Below, piece after piece: positions 12,853 to 24,288 of a stretch of 64,000 bases of DNA. The stretch lies in assembly GCA_032718475.1 (NCBI GenBank), contig JAUCBJ010008709.1, forward strand, positions 46,234-110,233, given 5' to 3'. A program made the translations under genes and the position numbers. The notes below the pieces were generated by a model. That model had not been told where the DNA came from, made no database searches, and saw nothing but the letters and a program-made list of their open reading frames with translations. This DNA is from Nemertoderma westbladi. Taxonomy: Eukaryota > Animalia > Xenacoelomorpha. Position 1 is the first letter of the stretch. Each line of letters starts with the position of its first letter.

Positions 12853-13741
12853 TGAGGCGGTCGTGTTTCCACCACCCCTGGGGCCAGTCCGACTGATGTT
12901 ATTATCAGACCGGGCCAGAGGGTGGCCCGATGCATCCCGAGTTCTGTTTTCAGTCCCCCGATCACACCGGCACAGCTCGTCGAACATGTAGCCAGATGGT
13001 CGGCTACTGTCAACTTACTGTGGCCTGACTGTACATTGAGCCAACTCAAAGTATAACAAAGAGTCAACCGGCGGGTGGACCAGTCAATAGCGATCAAGCA
13101 CCAAGGTCGCCCTTGGGCCTAACCGACGGTCTTGTCCCAAGTGGGCTTGCGCTACCCAACATGGAATATTGACACATTTTCACCCGCCTTGCCGGCAGTA
13201 TTGAGGGGAAGTAAGTTCCGCAAACAATACTGACTAGCTCGAAAGCTAGGAACAAGTAACCACTTACCAGTCACTGTACACGTGTACTCAACAGATGTTC
13301 ACAAAATCAAGTACACAACGGTAAGCACAAAATCGAACACATACCATGCACACACAGAGGACAAAATCGGGAAAGACAAAATCGGGGTCAAAATCAGAGG
13401 GGACAAATTGTATCGACCAACAGGCTAATCGAGAGTACCTTATTTTGCCGTCAGGGCAAAATAACTTTGTGTGCACAAAGTATGCTGGGGCGCAGTAGAG
13501 ATATGGTCCTACTAATACCAGCGGCGTCTGGACCAACTGGCAAGCACTCGCAGTGGCCACACATACAATCACGTGTACTCACGTACCCACAGCAACAGAA
13601 AGCTCAAAGACCCAAACAAATCCCAAAGACCAATCAGCTGAACATGGAGACAATAACATATAGTATCAAAAAAACGCGACGACCCTCACGAGTCCGCCGC
13701 CGCCTGCTGTGGGCACCCCTATAGAGACCTCACCTCTTTAG
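12853..13741. mobile_element. Unclassified 889-bp non-coding insertion with a 7-bp TSD
   Basis: GCACCCA at 12846-12852 and 13742-13748; excision restores the gag frame; TGAGG...CCTCA near the ends; several internal hairpins. Confidence 0.7.
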
Positions 13742-14427
13742 GCACCCACATCCATCTTCGTTGTTCGGTAGGCTCGCAAGCCTTCCACGAAGTCGTAGGT
13801 CTCGATAAACATTGGGTGCGGGGTCTAGTAAAAACATCAGAGTTAAGTGCTACTGTAGGTTTATAAATGACTGGGTTCGCGCAGCACGTCACAGGTTTAA
13901 CTTGTAATGGTTTACTCACCTGTTTTACCGTCATAAACGCAGGTTCGTCTCTCTCTACAAGTAAACTACGGCTTACAGTAGGTGGAATACTTATCTTACC
14001 TGCGAGAATCGGAGATGAAGTCGCTCGTGGCTGCGGAATTGATTCCGACATAACAAACCTATTACCTTGCAAGGGTGATATTTCCTTCGGTTTTGCAACC
14101 ATAACTGGTTTTACTGGAGTCGTGGGTTTGAGCATAGGAATAACTTGTGGAAAACGTTTACAGCAATCCTCGACGAACTCCTCTCCTCGATCTATCACTC
14201 CCACACTTCCTTCCTCGATTCGCTCCTGAATTCCGTGATATTGAGTCTTCATGCGATCCAGGGCAGACAAGTCATGTCCAGCTCGAGACCTTATAGATCT
14301 ATCTTTCGCATCGAGTTCGAGGTCCTCTTGCGCGTTCGCCGCCTCGCGCGATCTACGATTTAGTTCGAACTGTAGTTGCATCTCCCTTTCGCGTCGATCG
14401 GCCACCTGTTGTTGTGCTGCTAACTCC

Positions 14428-15890
14428 TGGGAGACTTTAATGCAAGTCTGCATCAATCACCTACATCGCCCTGGGTCTATAGCAATAGTGTTAACCGAAA
14501 TTCTGTCCATCTTCAGGATTTTATCTCTGGAAATGGATTGTTTTCGGCTGGAACCCAGTTCAAGAAGCGAACTGGAAAGCTATGGACTCATAGTGGACCC
14601 AGTGGTCACAAGTCCCAGATAGACCATATTCTGTTTCGTAGGAAATACAGGAGCTCTATACAAGACTGTAATGCATTTACACTTCGACCCTTCTCCAGTG
14701 ATCACCGCCTTATTGTGGCCAAGGTAAGACTTAGTCTGAGTGCTAGCAGAACAACGAAATCTGCCTTGCCACGGCATGACTGGTCCTCTCTGTTGCAACA
14801 GCCAAGTGTGAGATCCAGCTTCACACTACAGCTGAGCAACAAGTATGAGGCTCTTGCCTCTGAGGCGGCAGATCACTGTGAGGGCTATACTGCCTTTACA
14901 GAAGCAGTTAAGTTAGCAGCTGCAGAAACAGTTCCTGTATACCCTCGAAACAGGAAAAGGGCCCCCTGGACTGACAACAAAATTCAGAAGTGCCGAAATG
15001 ACCTTCATAAGGCGCAGAAAGAGTCCCGACTCAAACAGACTACAGCGGCCAAGAATGCAGTTAAAGCTGCATCTAGGTCCCTGAACAGGCAGTTCTCTGT
15101 TAATCTACAGGAGCTAATAAACCAACAGGTTGATGCCATCAATGATGCTGACGACAGCAGGCAATCATCCCAGGCATGGAAATCGATCAATCTGCTTACT
15201 GGGCGGAAAAGCCAACCAACCACCAAGGTTAAGGCTGAATCACCAGCCGATCGCCTCAATGGTTGGAAAGCCCACTTTGAAAAGCTCCTCAATAATGACA
15301 GGGTATTGCCTGATAACTTTATAGAAGTAAAAGTGTCTGAGTCTGTACTCCCAGATATTCCCATTGGCGATATCTCCTTTGCAGAAGTGAAGGCTGCTGC
15401 AAAGAGCATTAAGACCAATCGTGCCAGTGGAGTAGATGGTGTTCCCCCTGAGGTCTTTAAAATACCTGAGTGTTTAAAGCTCATCTATCCCATCATAGTA
15501 GACATGTACCGTACAAAAAGAGTCCCACAAGAAATGAAAACAAATAAGTTGGTGCCAGTTCCCAAGAAGGGCAACCTAACACTCTATGGTTCTTTTCGGG
15601 GAAGCTTGACACTAGAACAAAATCGCCTCCGCTTTGCAGGACATTGCTTTCGCCGTGAGGACCAGCCAGTGCATAATCTTGTACTTTGGCAGCCTCATGG
15701 AGTGAATAAGCATGGTGGACAGCCCATGACTTTCTTGAGACGCATCTTAAAGGACACTGGCCTTAAAGATGCGGATGATCTAGCAAATCTCATGTGTGAT
15801 AGGGAGTTGTGGCGGTGCAATTTTGTTGACAAGCCGGCACAGCATTCTTAAAAATGCAGCTGCAATGCAGCATGCCGATCCTAGTAGTAG
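14428..15890 (+). mobile_element. 5'-truncated, internally deleted RTE-like LINE
   Basis: TSD TAACTCC (14421-27 and 15891-97); (TAG)n tail; APE motifs GDFNA, QIDHIL, SDHRL. The RT start (LVPVPKKG) is joined directly to the C-terminal RLRFAGHC. Confidence 0.92.
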
Positions 15891-17831
15891 TAACTCCGCT
15901 TCCTGTATAGCTAAATGAGCATTTATTTGTCGCGCCTCCAACTTGGCACGAGCGTCCGATGCTGCTTTCTTCCGTGCTAACTCATCGGCTGCTGCCTGTC
16001 GTGCTAACACGTCAGCTGCCGCCTGTCGTGCTAACTCGTCGGCTGCTGCTGCCGCTTCTCGCGCTAAGTCCTCCTCCAGTCTCCGCATCTCCGATGCTTC
16101 GAATTCGGCTTGCGCTTTGAGTTTTGCAATTCTTGCTTCATCCTCTAATTGGGGGATGTGGAATTTGGTAGGCTGGCGAGCCTTCCGTAGATAGAACTTC
16201 CGTTGTCCCTCGCGGTTCGACTTCCATTTCTTCGATCGGTACGCCGCATCTACGAAGAAAATTGGTGAGCGTCTCTAACCTCCCGTCCAGGCAGTATAGT
16301 TCTTCTTCCTCTTCGGGTTGTAACAACGCGTCCGAAACTGACTCACCTAACAGTTGGTCGAGTTGTTCTTGCTGAGTCGATCCTACAACCGACTTAAACT
16401 GGATGAGGCTTTCCCTCGCAATTCAAGCAAAAAGTAAAGTAAGTTGTAAAGTGAGTAAAGTTGTCGCCACACAACTCTGCAAGTTCGTGTAAACCTTTAA
16501 GTTTATCTACGGAAGCATGTACCCTACTTTCTATCCTTACCTGTAAGGTGTAGAACTCGTATCTCGACATCGGGGCGGTTAACTCGCGTAAAACGCGAAA
16601 ACCTTCTCCGAAGTTTCGAGTTATATGGGCCATGTGTCCTCCTATACTCCTAATAATGTTCTCCTGGCTTCCAGTCGAACTTACCATGTCCGGTTCCCGC
16701 GATCTGGTCTGCGGGACGGTAAGGAAATCTTCGATTCTGCCGTCGCCATGCGTTGCGGCTTCCGGTATTTCCGTTCGGGGTACCGGCGACGCACGCGGTG
16801 TGACATCGGTGGAATCTCGGGTTCTCCTTCTTGGTTCGTCTACTGTCGATCTGTCCGGGTCGCACGAGTCATAGTCGGTAGGTGGGTATCGAGTCGAATG
16901 TGGTGTATCACTCATGTCTATTATATACGTCAAGTACGGGTAATAAAATGTCAAAGTATCAGAATGTCGAAATGTCAAAATGTCAAAATGTCGAAATGTC
17001 CAAATGTCAAACTCATCTTGATATATATATATCATATATATATACCCTAACCGGTACAAATAAAATTAAAGTATATAATAAAATATGTAATAATCTAGCC
17101 TACCGGCTAAATTTGTACGGATAAGTGAGATAACGGTATACGTTACCAAAATGTAGATCAACAAGTACAAATAATAGGCAAAACAGCAACGTCTAATGGG
17201 AAATAAGTACCAACAACACTACTAATTAGACAGTGAAACCCACAAATTTTGAGTACTACTGTGCTCTTAAGTTTGAACGACACGAGTGGTAAAACTTACG
17301 CTCCTTTGATCTTCCAGTCGTGCAAATTCCCAAATACAAACCGGATGTGGGTCGTTCCGTTTTCGGCGTCGCGGACGAATTTTGTGTCTCCCAAACTTTG
17401 CGAAAAGCGGTCTAATCCCTCGAAGCAGTCCAGAAATGAGTCCTTGAGTCCTGAAAAGTCGAAGGTGGGAGTTTTACTTCTACTCTACGAAAAATCTTCC
17501 TAGGTACCGATACAACTTGGTCTTTAAACCCTATGTACCTTTTCAAGTACCGAAAGTAACACCGCACACACACGGCGTAAAACAAATTGCTACAAACTAA
17601 CTATTAGCTAGTCAAATATTAAATACGAAACTACTAGCTACCCTAAAAGCCTACTGAAGCAGGGAACGTTCTACAAATTACTAATTTTACTAATTTTAAA
17701 TTATAAATATCTCCTACCTTTACAATAGCTAACAATATATATTTATATTCCTTACTGTAAAGTGCGCATGCACTTTACAGAGCATACAGATCTAAACAAT
17801 ACTATACACTAATTTATATAATATATCTCAC

Positions 17832-18355
17832 TGTAAAGTCCAGTAGTATACCGTTTACCGGATCCTAGTAATGATGTATCTTACCGTAAGATCTAGTAAT
17901 GTATACGGGCTCGTACAGTATCTGACAACAAATCCCAGTCCAAGGTATCTAAACAAACAGATACAATACACAAACAACTACTGGCGAGGAGCAGAGCCTA
18001 GTGTCTATTCTATGTACGTAAGCGGGTCTAATGCCTACGAACTAGACAAAAGGAAACCTGTCCTCTAACCGATATGGCAGATGTACAGTTACAGTAACAG
18101 ACCAAACTCACGGGAAAACAATCCCCGCGCAGCGAATCCTAACTATCGCTGACAGTCCTAAATACCGTAACTTGCCGCGGTGTGATTTATATGGTTTATA
18201 TACGAGCTAGTGGGTTAACAGGCCTAGCGTAACAATACTGATCCCCCTGTACGAAATCAGTCTAAAGAGGGTCGTGCCTAATGTAACAATACCGCTGCTC
18301 TGACAAAACAACAGTTTAATAACGAAATAAAATACTCCTTCTTGTCGTAACTAAA
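17832..18355 (-). repeat. 3' ~520 bp of the 5' LTR of the large BEL element
   Basis: Near-identical to 24829-25333 and to the reverse complement of the end of 27877-29990; ends ...CTTTACA in element sense. Confidence 0.85.
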
Positions 18356-18464
18356 CACATAATCAGGTATCAGGCATCAGGTATGGGAGACATGCCCATC
18401 TGTTATTACAGCGGGCAACCCCTACGCATGTAGAACTCCCATAGGTTGGTATACTAGAGCACCA

Positions 18465-20971
18465 GTGCATTCACTAGAGGTAAGTGACCAGGAGGACGAC
18501 GTTTTGAGTACGTGTAGTTCATTGACTACTACGATAGATAATTTTCCTTCACATTCCTGTGGTCCAATTGTACAGACTGCACTACGACAGACTTGCATCG
18601 CAAACGCAGACATAACTGATACTGACGTAACTGATCTGGACACGACCACATGGACCTCTGACTTACAACTACTTGCAGTAAACCAGGTTGTATTGACTAC
18701 TGAAGACCAAAGGGTTGTTGCTGTGGATGACTCGATGAACGAGGGTTTTGGAAGGCTTGCGAGCCTACCGAAAAATCCGAAGGTCATTGACCCCACCCAC
18801 CAGGCTTCGACACCGGTCATTGATCTAGGAAGGCTTGCGAGCCTACCGACAGATCAAGAAGTTGTCAAACCGCCACACGAGGATTCGACACCGACTAGTG
18901 ACACCGGAAGGCTTGCGAGCCTACCAGACACATTGACACTAGCCACCGCAGTGGACGAAGACGTGGACGAGGACCATGGCGCAGTGCAAGCAGCGCTTGA
19001 CCGACTGCTGACTGAACGGACCATTCGATGGTTGGAACAGGACTCAGCAGAACCCGGTAGTTACGAGACCGCTATGTCAGAACAGGAAAAACGGTCATTA
19101 AATATTATGAGAGATACCATTCGCCAGACCGCGAATGGCCACTACGAGGTTGGCATGTTGTGGCGCAATGGACAACCTAAGCTCGTTAACAACTATCCGC
19201 TTGCTTTGAGGCGACTCAAATCAATAAGGCAGCGATTGTTGCGTGATGAGTCGGCCCATATGCAATACAATGCGCCACTTCAGATGTATCTCCAAAAGGG
19301 ATTCGCCATTAGGATGTTAAATCCCGAGGTAACCACAGATCAGACATATTACCTGCCACATCATTTTGTTCGACACCCGGACAAACCTGGCAAGGTGCGT
19401 GTAGTCAACTACTGCGCAGCACTTTACCAAGGGATGTCTATGAACAGCGAATTGATGGACAGGCCGAATATGAATAATTACCTCATGGGAGTCCTAATGC
19501 GTTTTAGACAACGCAAAGTGGCTTTCACCTGTGACGTAGAGGCCATGTTTCACCAGGTTAAGGCTTTGGAGCGGGACAGGGACAGCTTGAGGTTTCTTTG
19601 GTATCCGGACGGAAATTTAGAACTTCCGCCAGAAACTTACCAAATGCAGGTAAGAGTTTTCGGAGCCAGGGACAGCCCCAACTGCACCATGTACGCCTTA
19701 AAGCAAACCGCATTAGACAGACAAGACCAATTTGACACAGAAGTAGCTCGGACAGTGGAACGAGATTTCTACGTGGATGACGGCCTCAAGAGTTGTGACA
19801 CTTTGGAGCGCGCTATGAACGTAGCACACCAACTCCAGGATTGTCTCGCTGAGGGCGGATTCCGCCTTTTGAAGTTTGCTTCCAACGAACCCGAACTAGT
19901 GAACTCATTTGACCCGACCGATCGCAGTGGAGGTGACTTGGACTTAGACCTAGAACCTCTACCTACGACCAAAGTATTAGGACTTAGTTGGGACCCTAAC
20001 ACCGACAATTTTAGGGTATGTGTAAGGTCCAACGACCAGACTAGACCTCTCACTAAGATAACTTGCTTATCGACCATGAGTCAATTGTATGACCCATTGT
20101 GTTTCATTAGTCCAGTGATCCTACATGCTAGGATCATACTCCGCAGCATTTGGCAAGCCGGACTGGAATGGGACGATCCCATCCCAGAAAAGTTAGCTGA
20201 GCAATGGAGGGACTGGGAAGCCCAACTGACGTTCCTACAAGACTACACCATACCAAGGGTATATTTTCCTTTTCAGACCACCTTTCCTGCCGATTTAGAG
20301 CTTCACAGCTTCAGTGACGCTAGTAAGGATGGACTGGGGGTTACTTTATACCTTAGACGACAAGTGACATTGGACAGCTACGAAGTGTCTCTCGTTACTT
20401 CAAGGGCTAGAACAGTGCCGTTGAAGTATATGACTGTACCTCATGGAGAGCTGCAAGCCGGGACGATATCCACCAATTATGTTAGTTTAGTTCAACGCGA
20501 GCTGGAGGCTAACTTGAAGGTCACATATTGGATGGATGCGACGTTGGTACTTTGGTACATAAACAACAAAACATTTAAGTTCAAGACTTTCGTAGCCAAC
20601 AGACAGGCTGAAATATTGGACCGGTCACTCAAACAAGATTGGCGTCACTGTCCAGGGAAGCTGAACCTAGCTGACATCGCATCACTGGGATGCTACTGAT
20701 CGACTTTTGTAAACCGGACAATAAATCATTTTGGTTTAGAGGACCCGATTTCCTACAGCGACCATCAGACGAATGGCCACCGTTATTCGACGCGACAACC
20801 AATACCATACCAGAGGGTGCCGAGATAAAAATCGACACAGTTGTCAAATCTAAAGCGAAAGCCAACGCCAAGGTCAAGAGGAAACAAGGCGGACGAAATC
20901 TAATGACCTCGACGCTAGACCTGACATTACGCCAGACGTCTCACCAGAATCTCGACCAGACACTTGTATGA
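18465..20971 (+). pseudogene. pol: BEL/Pao RT-RNase H (1-nt deletion frameshift near 20690)
   Basis: Same motifs as 8017-10755; CACTGGGATG here versus CACTGGGGATG in the other copy. Confidence 0.92.
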
Positions 20972-23106
20972 ATCTTTCACCGGATGTTCCGCAGGAGATT
21001 TCACCAGACGTTTCGCCGGATTGTTCACCAGATTACTCGCCAGATTATTCACCAGAAGCGACACCAGATAGTTCTCCGGATTATTCGCCAGATTGTTTTA
21101 TGGAACTCTTGACAGATTGTCTACTGGACGTCTCACCAGACTTTCCACCAGACATCTCGACAGACTGTCCACCAGACTTTAGACCAGACTTTCTGACAGA
21201 AGCTACGCTTGACTTTCTTTGGGACCAACAACAGGACATTTCGCCGGAATTTCCGCGCTATGTCTCACCAGACGTCTCACCAGACTGTTCACCGGACGCT
21301 TCACCAGACTGTCTACTAGACTCTCCAGTAGAAGACCCATTGGAGCGGACTAGTACACATTCATTAGGAATTAACAACTTACCGAATTTGACTTCTTTGG
21401 ATGACGAAGGGGTGGCCACAGCGATCACACTCCGCTCAAAGAAAATACTTGACTTACCACCTACAGGTAAACGAGTGACTAATGTTAGGAAGCTTACAAG
21501 CTCACAGGAACACACTAGGACTGTAGAGTTGAAACCGTTACTGCCAGTCGATTCACTAGGTGCGGACGGTAGAGGTAAGACTGTGGAGATTGACATACTT
21601 GGGGACTCAGACAAACCTTCCAGAAGGCCCGTGGGCCTACCAAGTCCAAACAAGTATTCACATTATGACTATACCTTACCTGATGACATCACTAACACTT
21701 ACGTTGACAGGATAGTAAACCTAACTAGATCATGGACTGACGCGTGCCGCAAGTTAGCATGGCTCAAACGTTTGAGACAATATGCCAGAGGCAAACGCGA
21801 CTTTCCTAGAAGACTTACCTTAGAGGAAGTTGGTCATTGTGAAGTTGATATTATTAGACATTATCAATTGCGATATTTCGCACGAGAGTTCACAGCGATC
21901 AATCAGGGTAAACAGATCAAGTCTTCACCGATTTTGAGTTGGAGTCCGATTATTTACAAGGGCTTACTTTGTCACAAGTCCAGACTCCAGAACATTGACT
22001 TTGCACTAGACTTTAAGTATCCTATCATCATACCGCAACACCATGAGTTACAGCGCGCTATGATACTGGACGCACATGTACAACTCAAACACATGGGTAG
22101 ACATCACTGCCTATCACACTTACGATCGAGGTTTGTACTGATTAGGCCTAGCAAGGCACTGAGTTCAGTAACACGGAACTGTATGATTTGTAAGAAGGTG
22201 CGCGCGAGGATAATACACCAAGAAATGAGTGAACTACCACTAGCGAGATTACAGGCGTTTAGACCCCCTTTCACTGAGACAGGGATAGACTGTTTTGGAC
22301 CCATAATCGCGAAACACGGAAGGGTACAGGTAAAACGTTGGGGATTAATCTTCACTTGCATGGCCAGCAGAGCTGTCCAAATAGAACGTGTGACAGACTT
22401 GACCACCAAAGCCTTACGGCAATTTATCGCTAGACGTGGATTGGTCAAATCCATTTATTGTGACCAAGGGACAAACTTTGTGGGTGCACGGAATTAGGTA
22501 ACCAGAGCTTTAAGAAAGTTGGACCAAGACCAGATTTCCGAGGAACTACGTCCTCACCGTATTGTTTGGAACTTCAACACTCCAGACAGTCCGTGGAGAG
22601 GCAGCGTTTGGGAAAGGCTGATTGGCTCAATTAAAACAGCTATGGCTAAAGTAATACCGACGCAACACATTCTGACAGACGACCAACTGACGACATTGTT
22701 AATAGAAATTGAAGCGATTTTGAACACTCGACCGATCGCTTTGATCCCAGACAATAACGACGCACAGTTTGCCTTGACACCAGCGCACCTGCTTATGCAG
22801 GCGCCGACGACATTGTTGCCCACTTCGGTACCTATTGATAGCGACGGATACGGCAACAAAGCTTGGAAAATCACTCAGCTACTTTCAAACAAATTCTGGG
22901 AAATATGGCAGAAGCACTATTTGCCCTCTATTACGACCAGAACCTCTTGGTATCTTAATACCCGATGTTTAAGATGCGGTGACTTTGTTTTATTGGCTGA
23001 AGCCAATCTGAAAAGACGGTTTTGGCTGACTGGAGTCATTTTGACCATGCACCCTACATCTGGTGTAGTAAGGACAGTTACTGTACGGACTATAGACGGA
23101 CGATAG
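20968..23106 (+). pseudogene. pol: BEL/Pao integrase preceded by an SPD[YCV]-repeat linker; premature TAG at 22495
   Basis: H..H..CMIC zinc motif, GIDCFGP, YCDQGTNF, WERLIG, NTRPI..LTPAHLL, VRTVTVRT. Confidence 0.92.
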
Positions 23107-23967
23107 GCCTGTACAACGTCTCGTACTCCTTGAGGAGACTAGAAACGAGACAGGAGACTACAAATCACCACCCAACCTTAGTAAATAGAGATGTGGGACC
23201 CTTTATGGCCGCCACATAGACTTACCGTATTTTAGTAATTTAGTATTTTGTATTACTGTATGTGCATTTGTAATCCTCTTCACTGTAGATAGAGACAGCG
23301 GTGGAATTCCATTGTCTTTATATGTGAACATGGAGGGTAGTACCCTTATGTATCACATAGGAGCGGGATTGTGTGTACAGTAGGAATGGAATTCCACTTG
23401 GAACCCACAAGTGAGACAATTTTCAAAAATTATTAGACAAATCCATTTAGTTGGATTTAAATTTAAGAAAATGATTCTCCAGTGAATGCGAATTCTAGAA
23501 TACAGCTAGATAAAAATTAAAATTGGGGAGGACAAGAGCGGATGGAAGGCTTGCGAGCCTACCGATAAATTTTTTTGGAAAAGAAAGTCGGCCTTGTTCT
23601 ACGTAGTCGTGTCTACTATTATTTAGACTGAATTAATTCTCGACTGCATTATTTTCTTTGGGAATGTAGTTTTGGAAATTAAAAGGTGAGTATTTTAGAC
23701 TCGCGGCTAGTTTACCCGGAATTCGTTTTTTATCGGCACAATTTTTTTTGGATTAGGAGCCAGTGCGAAATCACGAGAACCCGAAGTCATTAGGCAAATG
23801 GGTAGGGGTTTTAGAGCAAAGTTGAGCCAAAGCCGACAAAACTCTAAGTCTCCTCACATCTAACCTCTGTTTGTGCTTCCTCTAGTAGAAACACTATATA
23901 TACAAGGATTCACGGAGGAACAGGAGCACCAGGCACTGTTTAATCGTTATGGAGCCAAAACTTTAAT

Positions 23968-24288
23968 GTGTTTGGAGTGGAGAGTATGGCTAGGAGTACA
24001 GCCAAGCTCGCTAAGTCTAAGGCGGATCCAAACGTTACGCGACAGCGATTGGACGCCTATAACAAAAGAGCGGAGGAGTTATGCGCGGAGTTCAAAGCGT
24101 TGTACCCCTACGATGCATTATGCGACGCCAGTGACGTTTGCGAGGACCCGAGACACAGAGATATGATCTTTATAGACGCGCTCGAGGAGCGGATCCGGAA
24201 ACTAAGGAAGCGTTCTCCATTTATAAACTGTTCTATAAATGTGGAGGATGTATGCGTGCGCAAGACTACGCGATTCCTATGCGCTTGA
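23968..24288 (+). CDS. Accessory ORF of unknown function downstream of integrase
   Basis: 106-aa ORF, GC-richer than the surrounding UTR, preceded by a candidate intron at 23686-23885. Confidence 0.45.
   Translation: MFGVESMARSTAKLAKSKADPNVTRQRLDAYNKRAEELCAEFKALYPYDALCDASDVCEDPRHRDMIFIDALEERIRKLRKRSPFINCSINVEDVCVRKTTRFLCA

Larger units (their letters stand above)
12124..17059 (-). pseudogene. Long degenerate N-terminal gag region, split by frameshifts and two insertions
   Basis: Removing the LINE (14428-15890) rejoins IQEAEL|AAQQQ. Removing 12853-13741 rejoins KMDVGA|PRGGAQK in frame. The ORF pieces are coiled-coil or low-complexity. Confidence 0.7.
8008..18355 (-). mobile_element. 5' half of a large BEL/Pao retrotransposon (partial 5' LTR, leader, gag, PR, RT, RNase H), truncated after RNase H, with two nested insertions
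   Basis: BEL-type Gag Cys-His boxes, LDSAS protease, YLPHH / YVDD / YDPL / FSDAS motifs. The LTR end matches the 27877-29990 LTR. Confidence 0.93.

Noticed and set aside
13719-13800. WKACEPT as a third coding frame for the 20-nt motif
   Set aside because: The duplicated YDFVEGLRAY peptide and the restored frame across the insertion indicate EGLRAY is the true frame, with a frameshift near 13825.
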